Shown: positions 1 through 12,769 of the stretch, in pieces | Layout of the letters: each line of letters begins with the position of its first letter | How positions within the stretch are numbered: position 1 is the stretch's first letter | Source: Eledone cirrhosa | Taxonomy: Eukaryota | Reading direction: 5' to 3' | NCBI GenBank assembly: GCA_964016885.1 | Contig: OZ024758.1 | Span: 23,250,001 to 23,314,000, forward strand | Length of the DNA: 64,000 nucleotides | Notes under the pieces: model-generated | What the model saw: only the letters and a program-made list of their open reading frames with translations | Database searches by the model: none | What the model was told of the DNA's origin: nothing | Made by a program: the position numbers and the translations under genes

Positions 1-652
1 GCGGGGTTGCCAGTTTAGTCGCCAACGACCCGACCATGAGACAGGTTGTACTGGGATACATGTTACCAGTAGTACCAACTGGTGACCTGACACATATATA
101 TATACACATATATATATATACATATATATGATATAAGCATTAAAAATAGTGCATTATGTGAGGCGCATATAATCTGGAAAATACACTCCCCTGACTATGA
201 AAATGTCGAAGTACATGAAGTCCATAACATCCCTTCGCTGTGCATTTCCAATACTTTTAATATTTTTAATGCTTGCACTATTTTTTAATGCTTATATCAT
301 TTCTCCACACACAGACTATAACAATCATATAAAGAATTTGCAACCAGATCAACCAACCTAACACTCTTGTTTACCTACCTAAGTGCTTCTACTACACGTA
401 ACTCTCTGCCACACTATATAAATAAGACGCACGTGCTTGTCACACATATAACATTTGCACTATATAACCGCTTATTCTCATGTTGTATTTTAACCTGTAT
501 TTTTTATTGTACCTTTTAATATGAATGTAATCTCTAAGTGTGTACTGCCACTCTAAATGCTGTAATGAATGTTGACCCACAATATTTGCATATGTATCTG
601 TATGTCTCTTGGGTGAAAAGGAGGTCATATAACTGTTCATTCATTAATAAAT

Positions 653-699
653 TGCTCCGAAGAATCCAAACCTCGGTTTGGAGGAAACAGTTGTAAGCA
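653..699 (+). ncRNA. Minimal hammerhead-like motif, variant core CCGAAGA
   Basis: tgct-CCGAAGA-atccaaacctcggtttggag-GAAA-cagttg-TA-agca. Confidence 0.6.
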
Positions 700-1787
700 C
701 AAAAATGTTTTGAACAGTTCTTTGATTCTTATATTTCATATAACTGCTCTGTAAATCATCTGATGTTTTTACATTGAGCTACTTAACTTACTGATAATAA
801 GGTAGTAATATATTACTGCCTACCACTATTTAGGGTTTGTGTATAAAAAATATATATAACTGCAAAAGGTTTTTGTATTTACATAACCATAAATAGTATA
901 ATTAATACTATATATACATATACATATATATCCATATATCCATACACACACATATATAGAGAGATGACTGTATTAGTATGGACATGTGATGTACATATGG
1001 ATGGTGATCGCTATATCCAGAAGTGTCAAGAAATCTCACTGTAAGGAAGGCACAATAGAGAAAGGCTAAAGACCTGGGCAGATACTGTTAGAGGTGATCT
1101 GAAATTGCTGAAACTCAGGTTCCTTCCTTCCCCTACCCCACACTTCTTTTACCCCTTTCCACCTTCGAAACCATTTTTAAAAAATAATTGTTTCTACTTT
1201 TGGCACAAGGCCAGCAAATACCCATTGCATTACTGGATCGATAAAATAAAGTTAACCTCAGAATGGCAAGGGCCGTAACTCTATACGTCCAAGCATGGCG
1301 TCCGACCCTCTACCGATACTGCCAATCCACCGCCGTTTAAAAAATGATGATTTCTTTATTAGCCACACAGGGCTCACATTAAGGAAACATTAAAGACTGT
1401 ACAGGACGATACAGTGTGGGTGTTTCTTTGTCTAAAATAAAATTTGTAAAAGGGACTAGGAAAATGAATATTTGAAACAAACATAAATTCCCCAAAGTTG
1501 AGGAGACTCCAAGGGTCATTTGTGTAGAAATCCCACAAAAGCCATGGTCATCCTCTCCACTAGGACAAAGTGACCTCTCCCAATTTTTCTACTCCAGATT
1601 ACAGGTGTATACTCAAGGCAGGACCATTCTCACCTTCTCTCACCCACCTTTCAACAAACTTGTTGGAGGGCAGCACTTCCCTCTCCACGCTGACTTTCCT
1701 CTTCAAGTGAAATCTGAAAAAGTTAATCGGGGATTCACCAAAGACTAATAAATGCATTTTTTTAAATTCATTTTCTAATAAAATATC

Positions 1788-1793
1788 TTTATT
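1788..1793 (-). promoter_or_regulatory. Candidate polyadenylation signal (AATAAA) for ECI2
   Basis: AATAAA on the minus strand ~190 nt after the stop. The context is AT-rich, so it may be a chance match. Confidence 0.3.
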
Positions 1794-1984
1794 TTTCTAC
1801 ATCATTATTGAAGTACAGAAAAACATTTTTTTAACATTTTCTCTTTTGTTAAACAAAAAATCTTTCAATTATAGTTAGAATTTTAATACTCTATTATACA
1901 TAATGATATATTTCCTAATCTGTTCACAGTATAAATCTGATGATATTTCTTGAAAAAAAAGTTTGTATTAATTTTGTCAACAAT

Positions 1985-2140
1985 TCACATTTTGGAACTT
2001 TTCTTGAAGAAAGACATGATTGCATTTACACATTCCTTTGACTGCCATCGCTCGACTAAAAGCTTTATTTCTGCTACATTAACATGATGTAACATCTCTT
2101 TCTCATTTTCTCGACAGAGAACTTTAGATAATGTCAAACT
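1985..2140 (-). CDS. ECI2: ECI2 last exon (SLTLSKVLCRENEKEMLHHVN...RWQSKECVNAIMSFFKKSSKM*)
   Basis: tttttacag| acceptor, TGA at 1987-1985, PTS1-like SKM terminus. The ten exons sum to 1179 nt = 392 aa + stop. Confidence 0.95.
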   Translation of the reverse strand, partial: SLTLSKVLCRENEKEMLHHVNVAEIKLLVERWQSKECVNAIMSFFKKSSKM

Positions 2141-2767
2141 CTGTAAAAATAAAGTAGAATTTTTATGAGAAAATTGAAGCATAACAAAAATAGATGATAC
2201 AAAAATGTTAGTATTCTTGGGTCCCAAATAATGGGATGTGGGGGGGGGGGGCTGGAATAAGCAGGATTGGTTAAGATAAGTTAAGATAAGTGAGGGAGTT
2301 GGTTGGAATAAGCTGGGGGGGGGGGGGGGGGGGGGGTGGAATATACATATTATATCATCATCATCATCATTTTACATCCACTTTTCGCTGCTTGCAAGGG
2401 TAGGATACGGTCGTCTTCAGCACAGCATCTCTCCATTTGTCATGGTCCTTTGTCATCTCCTCTGCTTCAGAGATCCGAGATCTGAGGTCAGCTCTCATCA
2501 CCTCTGCCCATGTTTCCCGTGGTTTTATATATATATAATACATATATATAATTCGTCAAACCCATGCCAGTGTGGAAAAATGGACGTTAAACGATGATGA
2601 TGATATATATCATCATCATCGTTTAACGTCCATCTTCCACGCTAGCATGGGTTTGACGGGTTTGTCCCACTTGAGGCAAGATTTGTCAGGTGACCGTGTC
2701 TTGCTTGTACAGAACTGTTTCTGGCAGGTTTTTTACGGCTAGATGCCCTTCCTAACACCAACCATAT

Positions 2768-3205
2768 TTATAGTGTGGACTGGGAGCCTTTTTACCATGT
2801 CTGCTACACGACTACTCTACAGTGTGGATTGGGTGCTTTTTGTTGTGTCACCTACACAACCACTTTACAGTGTGGACTGGGTTCTTTTTGTTGTCACCTA
2901 CACGACCACTTTACAGTGTGGACTGGGTGCTTTTTGTTGTGTCACCTACACAACCACTTTACAGTGTGAACTGGGTTCTTTTTGTCGTGTCACCTACACG
3001 ACCACTTTACAGTGTAGACTGGGTGCTTTTTGTTGTGTCACCTACACAACCACTTTACAGTGTGGACTGGGTGTTTTTTGTCGTGTCACCTACACGACCA
3101 CTTTACAGTGTAGACTGGGTGCTTTTTGTCGTGTCACCTACAAGACCACTTTACAGTGTAGACTGGGTGCTTTTTGTCATGTCACCTACACGACCACTTA
3201 CAGTG
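2768..3205. repeat. 48-bp minisatellite (~8-9 units) derived from an RTE/SINE tail segment
   Basis: cactttacagtgtggactgggtgctttttgttgtgtcacctacacaac, period 48. Confidence 0.9.
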
Positions 3206-3370
3206 GATGGATGTGGCTATACATATCTGTACAAAATAGATGTAGTCAAATGTGAACCTATAAATATATGATCCTTAATCCAGCACCTTTGAACAACAGA
3301 GGACTGGTATTTGCACAACTATTAAATCAAACCAAAAAAAAAGAAACATTTATTGTCAAAGAATTAGTAC

Positions 3371-3514
3371 CTGAGGTGGGAAAGAGGCAAATAATTTCAT
3401 CTTGGCTTCCATTTCCTTTTGAAATGATCTATGAGGTATAACAGCGCTAATCAAATTCCGTTCACATGCTTCTTTAGCTGTTATCTTCTTATTAAACAAA
3501 AGTAGCTCAGATGC
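3371..3514 (-). CDS. ECI2: ECI2 exon 9 (ASELLLFNKKITAKEACERNLISAVIPHRSFQKEMEAKMKLFASFPPQ)
   Basis: tttcag| and |gtacta, 144 nt. Confidence 0.95.
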
Positions 3515-3616
3515 CTGAAAGATTCGTGAATAATATAGTAATATAGAAAAGATAATATAGTAATATAAAAATAATAATATAGTAATATAAAAATAATAAT
3601 ATAGTAATATAGATAG

Positions 3617-4901
3617 AACTAACAGAATGGCCCGGCATTGTTCGGGATTTGCTCTAGGGTTCTTATATATTTGATATTTATTTATCCTTATCGAACCTCG
3701 TGAAATAAATACGTTTGTTTATATTTTGTTATTGTGTATGCAAAAATATCCGTACACGAATATATAATTATACATATAATTATATATAACAGTACAGAGA
3801 AGTATGGAATACCTCGGCCTTGGGATGGTGCCTACATTTTGTGCTTATAAGAAAAATTTGTCATAGATTATCAGGGGTTTTTTTCATGCAAAGAAAATCA
3901 ATACTTTATCGCGAAATAAATACTTTTGTTTATATTTTGTTATTGTGTATGCAAAAATATCTGTACACGAATATATATATATATATATATATATATTTAT
4001 TAAAATAACAGATTATCGAGCCCTCTTTGGATTTTAGTCTTCAAATTTATTATTATTACTATATATATATATATATATATATATAACACATGAGAAGAAA
4101 GAATACTGCGTGGTTGCACATGGGTTACATATGATAAAAATAGTCCTTCATCAGTGATTTTCCAACCTTCATTGGTATTTCATCGCTTTAAAAATCATAT
4201 ACCTCCAGTTGGTGCGAGCAATAGCTAAATAAAGCTATTGGGATAAGTAAATCGCATAAAGCGAGCGAGACAAGTAAACAAACATAGGATAGCAACGCAA
4301 AGATAGGAAAAAACAAGCACATGGGATATATATATATTAAAATAACAGATTAAAGTTTAAGCAAAGAATCGCTCCTTTCACCCTTAACGGGATCTTCTGA
4401 AACTAAAATTTTAAAAAAATCAATCTGTGAACGCAGATGTAAATATTTCGAAACACGTTGCAACCGAAGGAAAACAGGAAGACAATACTTTGGTTTGTGA
4501 AGACATTCCCTGGCATAAGACTATATATATACACACACACTATATATACATATATACACACATATAGATACACACTATATATACATATATACACACACAC
4601 TATATATATACATATATACACTGATCACGTCATAATGGCGTAATGCAGACAGTCAGGCATACAGACAGATATTATAAAGGCGTGACGTCATATCTATGTA
4701 TCTATCTAAAAAGAGAAAGACTAAGAGAGAGAGAAAGATCGCTAAATCGCCTAATGCAGTCCCTAGGGCATTGAAAACACTCACAAGACCATAAGTATTA
4801 CATGTGTAAAGTTTGAAAACAATCGGTTGGGTGGTTCTCGAGTTTTAGTGATCGTACAGACAGACAGACAAACAGACATTCTCTGTTTTAGTAATATAGA
4901 T
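3617..4901 (+). mobile_element. Non-autonomous Helitron-like element with nested (TA)n and PLE-end insertions
   Basis: Starts aactaacagaatggcccggcattgttcggg and ends aatcggttgggtggttctcgagtt..(caga)n..tttagtaatatagat. Related pieces at ~30120-30200 and 36030-36100. Confidence 0.5.
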
Positions 4902-5285
4902 AATATAGTAATATACAGTAGATAGGATAATATAGTAATATAGAAAGGATAATATAGTAATATAAAAAGAATAATATAGAAATATAAATAGAATAATATA
5001 GGATTCAAAAATATAAAGATTCAAAAATAAAAAATATAGTAAGAAAAACAGAAAAAAAAATAAGAATAAAAAAACTTTAATTTTTCAAAATAATTTCAAA
5101 CATTTTTTGTTGTTTTAATATTGGAATAGTAGTAATACTGGTTGTTATTATTATTTAACTACTAGCTCTAATAAAGTTAATGTAACTGGTTCGCCTTGAC
5201 CAAACATACCTATGGTCAAAAGATATTCCAGCTATGACCACCCCTCTTTATAATCAAATGTGTCCTTTCTTTTTCAAAACGTGGA

Positions 5286-5513
5286 TTAACCCTTTAGCAT
5301 TTAAACCAGTTATATCCGGCCAGAATTTTCTCACCTTTTCTGTTCAAACCGGCTGTAACCGGCCGCTCATACTTATGTTAAGGTATTGTTCACAAAATAA
5401 ATAATATTAAAATCTCATAGATTCAATATTATGTGAGATAATTGTGTGAGGTAAAAACTTTACCATGAAAATACAATAGGAAATATAGAGTAATGTAAAT
5501 GCTAAAGGGTTAA
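5286..5513. mobile_element. piggyBac-like MITE (TTAA TSD, TIR ccctttagcattta); other copies 15796-16022, 22432-23295, 30812-31002, 56220-56409, 56602-56828, 60113-60328, 60343-60569
   Basis: ttaa|ccctttagcattta ... taaatgctaaaggg|ttaa with a conserved ~220-bp interior. Confidence 0.88.
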
Positions 5514-5750
5514 GGGAAATTTGGCTGCTATTTCTAGTTGATCAAGTGACCACATAGAGGGTGTGGATTGGCAGTATCGGTAGAGAGTCGGACACCATGC
5601 TTTGAAGCATAGAGTTACGTCCCGCCGAGGTTAACTTTGCCTTTCATCCTTACAGGGTCGATAAAATAAAGTACCAGTAATGTACTGGGTAATTTGCTGG
5701 CCTTGTGCCTAAAATAGAAACAATTATGAATTATACTAAGAGTAACTTAC

Positions 5751-5840
5751 CTTTGCCATTCCCATGAGTTTGGGAAATATATATGAAGAACATCCTTCAG
5801 GAGATTGGCCTAAGGCTGAAAAGGGGGTATGGAATGTTGC
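5751..5840 (-). CDS. ECI2: ECI2 exon 8 ([30 protein letters not shown])
   Basis: ttcag| and |gtaagt, 90 nt. Contains the GQSPEGCSS catalytic-Glu motif of ECI2. Confidence 0.97.
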
Positions 5841-6904
5841 CTGAAAAACCAAGTATGTGCAATTAGTCCATTTCTCATACATATAGTCTTAATATTACTT
5901 GTCTCACAACGGGACAACTTGTCTAACCCATGCTAGTGTGGAAAAATGGATATTAAACAGTGATGATGATGATTCTTTGTTAATGAAGTCTGTTTTAGAC
6001 AATTAATACTGAAATCATTATTAATACTGGATTGGCAGTATCGGTAGAGAGTCGGACGCCATGCTTTCCAGCATAGTTACGTCCCTTTACGATCTGAGTT
6101 CAAATCCCGCCAAGGTTGACTTTGCCTTTCATCCTTACGGGGTCGATAAAATAAAGTACCAGTAATGCACTGGGATAATTGCTGGCCTTGTGCCTAAAGT
6201 AGAAACAATTATTAATACTGACATTTGGTGAATTGGCACTATCGGTAGAGTGTCAGACGCCATGCTTTACAGCATGGAGTTGTGGCCCTTTCCGTTCCGA
6301 GTTCAAATCCCGCCGAAGTTAACTTTGCCTTTCATCCTTACGGGGTCGATAAAATAAAGTACCAGTAATGTACTTGTGTCAAAAGTAGAAATAATTATTA
6401 TTACTGACATTTGGGCAGCGGATTGGCAGAATCGGTAGAGCGTCGGACAATATGCTTTGCAGTATAGGTATAGAATAAAGTACCAGTAATGCACTGGGGT
6501 AAATTTAATCGACGTTCCCTCCCCTTGTGCCTATAGTAGAAACAATTATTAATACTGATATTAGTTTCTACTTTAGGCACAAGGCCAGCAATTTAGGGGA
6601 GGGGAAAGTCGATTAAATTGACCCCAGTGCATTACTGGTGCTTTATTCTATCAACCCCGTAAGAATGAAAGGCAAAACTAATCTCGACAGGATTTGAACT
6701 CAGAACATAAAGGGCTGTACCAACATATCACAAAGCATATTGTCCGATGCTCTAACAACTCTGCCAATCCACCACCCTTCCATCATCATCATCATCATTA
6801 TCGATTAACGTCTATCTTCAATGCTAGCATGGGTTAGACGGGTTTGTCCCATCTAGAGGCAAGTTTTGGGTCGGGTGACCGTGTCTCGCTCATATAGGAG
6901 AGTT

Positions 6905-7395
6905 TCTGGCTGGTTTACTACAGCTGGATGCCCTTCCTATCACCAACCACATTGACAGTGTGTTGGGTACTTTTTGCTGTGTCTTTTACAGTGTGGGCTG
7001 GGTGCTTTGGGGCTGGTTTACTACAGCTGGATGCCCTTCCTAGCACCAACCACATTGACAGCATGTGTTGGGTACTTTTTGCTGTGTCTTTTACAGTGTG
7101 GGCTGGGTGCTTTGGGGCTGGTTTACTACGGCTGGATGCCCTTCCTAGCACTAACCACATTGACAGTGTCTGTTGGGTACTTTTTGCTGTGTCTTTTACA
7201 CATCCATTTTACAGTGTGGGCTGGGTGCTTTGGGGCTGGTTTACTACGGCTGGATGCCCTTCCTAGCACCAACCACATTGACAGTGTGTGTTGGGTACTT
7301 TTTGCTGTGTCTTTTACACATCCATTTTACAGTGTGGGCTGGGTGCTTTGAGGCTGGTTTACTACGGCTGGATATTCTTTACAGTGTGGACTGGG
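6905..7395. repeat. ~105-120-bp tandem repeat (~4 units) from the RTE/SINE tail
   Basis: Repeated ggctggtttactac.gctggatgcccttcctagcaccaaccacattgacag. Confidence 0.85.
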
Positions 7396-7696
7396 CACCT
7401 TTGTTGTGTCACGGACACAACATAGTGGGGTCTAGGGAGGGTGGAGGGGCTTGGGGGAAACGTGGACAAGGTAGTAGGGGAGGTATGGTTACCGCTAAGA
7501 GGGGTGAATGAGAGGAGATAGAAGGTTGAGGAAGACGTTCCCCTACTAGGTACTAATATTGCAAATAGATATTATAAGTGGAGTAGACCAATAACTAAAA
7601 TCTATTTATTAAATACAGAGGCATGAATGATGCCACAAATATTAAATTTAAGAATAAGGCACAAAAGGGTCTTTGGAGTAACATTACTCAAGCGAG

Positions 7697-7815
7697 TGTG
7701 TAGCTCAGAGGTCAGTGTGTAGCTCAGAGGTCAGAGTGTAGCTCAGAGGTCAGAGTGTAGCTCAGAGATCAGAGTGTAGCTCAGAGGTCAGAGTGTAGCT
7801 CAGAGGTCAGAGAGT
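7697..7815. repeat. 19-bp minisatellite
   Basis: (gtgtagctcagaggtcaga)n, ~6 units. Confidence 0.9.
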
Positions 7816-7949
7816 CACTCCAGGTAGAACCACTACTTCTCTGAATTGAGAGATCACAGATCCGATATTACAGGTATGTGGTTAGAATGTCTCAGGTAAG
7901 AATTGCTGGATGACTTGAGCAGGGATAGTGAAGGAGAGATAGAGTTAAT

Positions 7950-9982
7950 AGGACAGGTAGATAGAACTGATATGACAGGTAGATAGAACTGATATGACAG
8001 GTAGATAGAACTGATATGACAGGTAGATAGAACTGATATGACAGGTAGATAGAACTGATATGACAGGTAGATAGAACTGATATGACAGGTAGATAGAACT
8101 GATATGACAGGTAGATAGAACTGATATGACAGGTAGATAGAACTGATATGACAGGTAGATAGAACTGATATGACAGGTAGATAGAACTGATATGACAGGT
8201 AGATAGAACTGATATGACAGGTAGATAGAACTGATAGGACATCCGGCCCTCACAGTTTGGATTTATCCCTAACTCCAGCTGCTGTGATCAGCTTATCGAG
8301 TTCCTTGAGGACATCACCCGGATCACTGACAGCGGCTCATGGGTGGATGTTGTTTACCTTGACTTTGCTAAGGCTTTTAATTCTGTGCCACACAAAAGAC
8401 TTATGGCAAAACTCTCTGCAATGGGTGTGAGGGATGATCTTTTCGACTGGCTGAAATCCTTCATTCTCAGCCGAAAGGAAGTAGTCACGGTTCTAGGACA
8501 GCATTCTTCACCATATGAGATGTCATCTGGTGTACCACAGGGATCTGTTCTTGGTCCTCTTTTGTTTGTGGCATATATTAATGACATAGATGCCAACTTA
8601 CAGAATGCCACGGTACTAAAATATGCAGATGACATCAAGCTGTACCTTGAAATCAAAAGGACTGATCCTGAAATTTACAACTCTTTCCTACAATCAGACC
8701 TGGACACAATGCAGCAATGGATCACAGACTGGCAACTGAAGCTGGCTGTGGACAAGTGTACCACCATGCATTTTGGAAGGAAAAATCCAGCGTCCACATA
8801 CTCCCTCCACAACACTGACATCAAAAAGTCCTCTTGTGAACGTGACCTGGGCATTACTGTCAGCAACGATTTGCGTTGGACAAAGCATGTCTCTAAGATT
8901 GTCAAGAAGGCCGAGGGTGTCTTGGCATCATTCAGCAAGACCTTTGTTAGCCGTTCTCCAGCCATCTATTTAAAACTGTATACAGCTATGGTGCGACCAC
9001 ACTTGGAATTCGCATCATCAGTCTGGAACCCCTATCTTGCTCGGAACATTGACCTCCTGGAAACTGTTCAGAGACGTGCAACCAAGCGCATACCCTCCAT
9101 CAGACACCTACCATACTCTGAACGCCTTGCTTCCCTGGGCATGGATTCATTGAAGCTCCGACGTCTGGCAATGGACTTGGTGAATACCCACAAAGTTTTT
9201 AACCATCTCGCCAACTGCAACCCTGAGCGCCTCTTTGATCTCCATGTGTCTAACACACGTGGACATGCCTACAAGATAAGAAAACAGCACAGCTCCCATG
9301 ACTTTCACAGACATTTTTTCACGCTCAGAGTTGCTGAAGCATGGAACAAACTGCCTGCGTCAATTGTTAGCTGCCGAGACACTGCATCCTTTAAGACACT
9401 CATGCTTCCCGAAATACGCCAAAACTACACCTGATGTGCCCCTTCCATACACATGCACACATGTGTGTATCATGACTCGTGCACTGTTCATTTTACTGAT
9501 GTTTGTGCATTGCCCTATGTACTGTACATGCACTTTTTTGATGGGTTGTGGTGCACCTGGGCACTGTGCACAATATTTCATTATTGTTATTGTTATTATA
9601 TCATGACTCATACACTGTTTATTTTCCTGACATTTGTACATGATTCTATGTACTATACATGCACCTTTGATGAGTTGTAGTGCACCTGAGCACTGTACAC
9701 AATAATTTCATTATTATTAACTGATAGGACAGGTAGATAGAACTGATAGGAGAGGTAGATAGAACTGATATTACAGGTAGATAGAACTGATATTACAGGT
9801 AGATAGAACTGACAGGACAGGTAGATAGAACTGACAGGACAGGTAGATAGAACTGATAGGACAGGTAGATAGAACTGATAGGACAGGTAGATAGAACTGA
9901 TAGGACAGGTAGATAGAACTGATAGGACAGGTAGATAGAACTGACAGGACAGGTAGATAGAATTGACAGGACAGGTAGATAG
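7950..9982. repeat. 22-bp minisatellite split by the CR1 insertion (7950-8241 and 9719-9982)
   Basis: (gacaggtagatagaactgata[t/g])n. Confidence 0.92.
8241..9718 (+). mobile_element. 5'-truncated CR1-clade LINE with an uninterrupted RT C-terminal ORF (8241-9434) and (ATT)n tail
   Basis: QFGF, YLDFAKAF, SGVPQGSVLGPLLF..YIND, YADD, ERDLGI, VRPHLE, TRGH..K, FF..RV...WN.LP. Putative TSD aactgataggaca. Confidence 0.95.
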
Positions 9983-10036
9983 ATCAAACAGAGACACAGT
10001 ATAGAACAGGATAGATAAATAAAAAATGAAACCAAC

Positions 10037-10157
10037 CTTATCTGAGGCATAAGCAGCATCAAATAAACCAAGCATGGTAACTGAAATACCAATAGCTGGA
10101 CCATTTATCAAGGCAATTAAAGGTTTAGGGAAATCAATAATTGTACCAACAAATTTT
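10037..10157 (-). CDS. ECI2: ECI2 exon 7 ([40 protein letters not shown])
   Basis: tag| and G|gttggt, 121 nt. FPKPLIA.INGPA.G motif. Confidence 0.96.
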
Positions 10158-10699
10158 CTACAAAAGAAACAAACACAAAAATAAGAACCTTTATTCCAGC
10201 AATTTCAAATTAGAAATACAATTTTTAGATATTTTAAAAAATAGTTCAGAGAAATTGAAATCTAAATACTTCTCTGAAGGTTGGATTTAGACCTGGGGGG
10301 GTCCTCATACACAAAAAAAAAATAGAATACACAGCAAACCCCACAATTTTACCTATCAAAGTTAGCTTGGCACAAGTAACTGGAATTGAAAAGTTATACA
10401 TACAGGTATTAAATTCAAAAATTCTAACCATCCTAAAACTAAAAAGCCTGCCCAGCTTAGGGTACAAATAAATTGCTACAGTTGTCAGTGGTGGGCCCCT
10501 CACTACATTGGGCCTGAAGCAATTGCCCCTTTTGTCCTCCATTAAACAAGACACATGGTGCATGGCTTAGTGGTTAGAGTATTGGGCTTGCAATTGAGAG
10601 GTTGTGAGTTCAATTCTCGGACCGGACAATGCATTGTGGTCTTCAGCAAGACACTTTATTTCACATTGCTCCAGTTTACTCAGCTGTAGAAATGAGTTG

Positions 10700-11250
10700 C
10701 AATGTCACTGGTGCCAAGCAGTATCGGTCATAGCTTTTCCCTTGGACAACATCATACATAGTGTATAATATATACTATATATAGTGTATATATACTGTAC
10801 ATAGTGTGTGTATATACATATATATATGTGTATAGTGTATATATATATATACTATATAGTATATGCTGTGACATGACTGGTGCCAAGCTGTATCGGTCAT
10901 AGCTTTTCCCTTGGACAACATCATACATAGTGTATAATATATACTATATATAGTGTATATATACTGTACATAGTGTGTGTATATACATATATATATGTGT
11001 ATAGTGTATATATATATATACTATATAGTATATGCTGTGACATGACTGGTGCCAAGCTGTATCGGTCATAGCCTTTCCCTTGGACAACATCATACATAGT
11101 GTATAATATATACTATATATAGTGTATATATACTGTACATAGTGTGTGTATATACATATATATATGTGTATAGTGTATATATATATAGTATATGTTGTGA
11201 CATGACTGGTGCCAAGCTGTATCAGCCTTTGCCTTTCCCTTGGACAACAT
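10700..11250. repeat. ~170-bp tandem repeat (~3 units) expanded inside a SINE-B copy
   Basis: tggtgccaagc recurs at ~170-bp spacing with a TA-rich filler. Confidence 0.85.
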
Positions 11251-12097
11251 CGGTGGCTTGGAGAGGGGGAGACTGGTATGCATGGGTGACTACTGGTCTT
11301 CCACAAAACAAACCTTACCCAGGCTTGTGCCTCGGAGGGAAACTTTCTAGGTGCAAAACCATGGTCTTTCGTGACCCAGTGGGGCCTTAGAAACAAGACA
11401 CTGTGTCAAGATGGTACTGCTACAAATCCATCAAGAGTTAAATGCCCTTTATCTACTTCACATGCTGCTGGCTATAATCTAAAACTGAATTAGTTATAAC
11501 TAAGCTAGACACAACATACTCAAGAAACTACATTACACCTTATGTATTATGCAGCACATAACTTGGTTCCAAATCATTCAGGAGCTAACAAGGGAACCCC
11601 TACATTGTTGCTCAAATTTCCTTTAACCCTATTGTCTTGAAATAAAAATGTATGCAATGGACAATGTAGTCCTAAATATATAAAAAAAAAAAAGAGGACA
11701 GTTACAACTGGAATGCCATTTATCATAGATCTACTTGATCAAGGTTGTCCTGGGGTTAAACAACAACTAATCAGGATCATGTCACATTTATTTCCCTGCT
11801 TCAACTACTGTCCCTACCACATCAACATATGTTTCACCTTGAGATCTCTCCTTCCCCTCACTTTTCACTATTTACACCAGAGGTTCTCAAACTTTTGGGG
11901 CCACTGAATTGCTGAATACAATCAGGGGTCACTGCTTCTCCTGAAGGTCAATAGTTCTCTTCTAACTCGAGTGCGGGGGCGCCTTTCCATTGTCAATTAG
12001 CATTGATCATCTGCAAAGCCGCATTGTTCTCAGAACCACTACACCAGTCTTTCAATGTGTGCAGCTGGAACTACTGCCACCTATTGATTTGGCAGGA

Positions 12098-12309
12098 TTT
12101 TTTTTTTTTTTTTTTTAGATGGCCGTTGACTCTTATGAGTTCTTCCGCCCTTTATCCGGTTTTGTTTTTTGTCCTGCAGGGTGTCCAAAATCACCCTCCT
12201 CACCAAGTAAACTTGGTGGGGTTGCCGGTTTAGTCGCCGACGACCCGACCATGCGACAGATTGTACTGGGTTACATGCTACCGGTAACACTCAAGAGTGA
12301 CCCGACATA
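12098..12309 (-). mobile_element. Poly(A)-tailed retroposon 3' fragment; homologous to 1-93
   Basis: T-run followed by a GC-richer block; ggggttgcc..gtttagtcgcc..cgacccgaccatg is shared with the window start. Confidence 0.6.
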
Positions 12310-12450
12310 AATTAAAACATGATAAACTTAGCCTGACAGGAGTTCACCTCTTACTTTACAACACACATTGTCCCACTCTTGCAAACAAGGAAAAGCAGAT
12401 GTATGATGATGATGATTGATACATTCCAATATTAAGACATATTAACTCAC

Positions 12451-12553
12451 TTTAATAACACAGAAGCATTTTCAGCCATAGCAGGGATATCTTGGGGTGC
12501 AACATTAGCAAAATTATTGAGGTCATTACCACTGCAGAAGTATTCACCAGCAC
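12451..12553 (-). CDS. ECI2: ECI2 exon 6 (GAGEYFCSGNDLNNFANVAPQDIPAMAENASVLLK)
   Basis: aag| acceptor and |gtgagt donor, 103 nt. Crotonase F/YCSGNDL motif. Confidence 0.95.
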
Positions 12554-12721
12554 CTTTGATAAAGAAAATAAAAAATTAAATCAGACACAATAGTCAAATA
12601 CAGCTAAAAATCCGTTATAACGAATTTTTCAGTATAACAAAATTTTTTCAATCCTGGAGGTAATAACAAACAAATGCTTGTTTATACCCCATGCATTTTG
12701 TTATAACGGAATTTCACTGTA

Positions 12722-12762
<41 letters not shown>

Positions 12763-12769
<7 letters not shown>

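Noticed and set aside
131-299. 24-bp inverted repeats as another ribozyme fold-back
   Set aside because: The arms are short and AT-rich and no HHR core was found; it may be a small MITE.
2743-3271. Cys-rich repetitive ORFs
   Set aside because: Product of a 48-bp TE-derived minisatellite that is open in several frames.
4141-4160. CTGATGAaggacta on the minus strand as a hammerhead
   Set aside because: No GAAA or stem III follows; at best a fragment.
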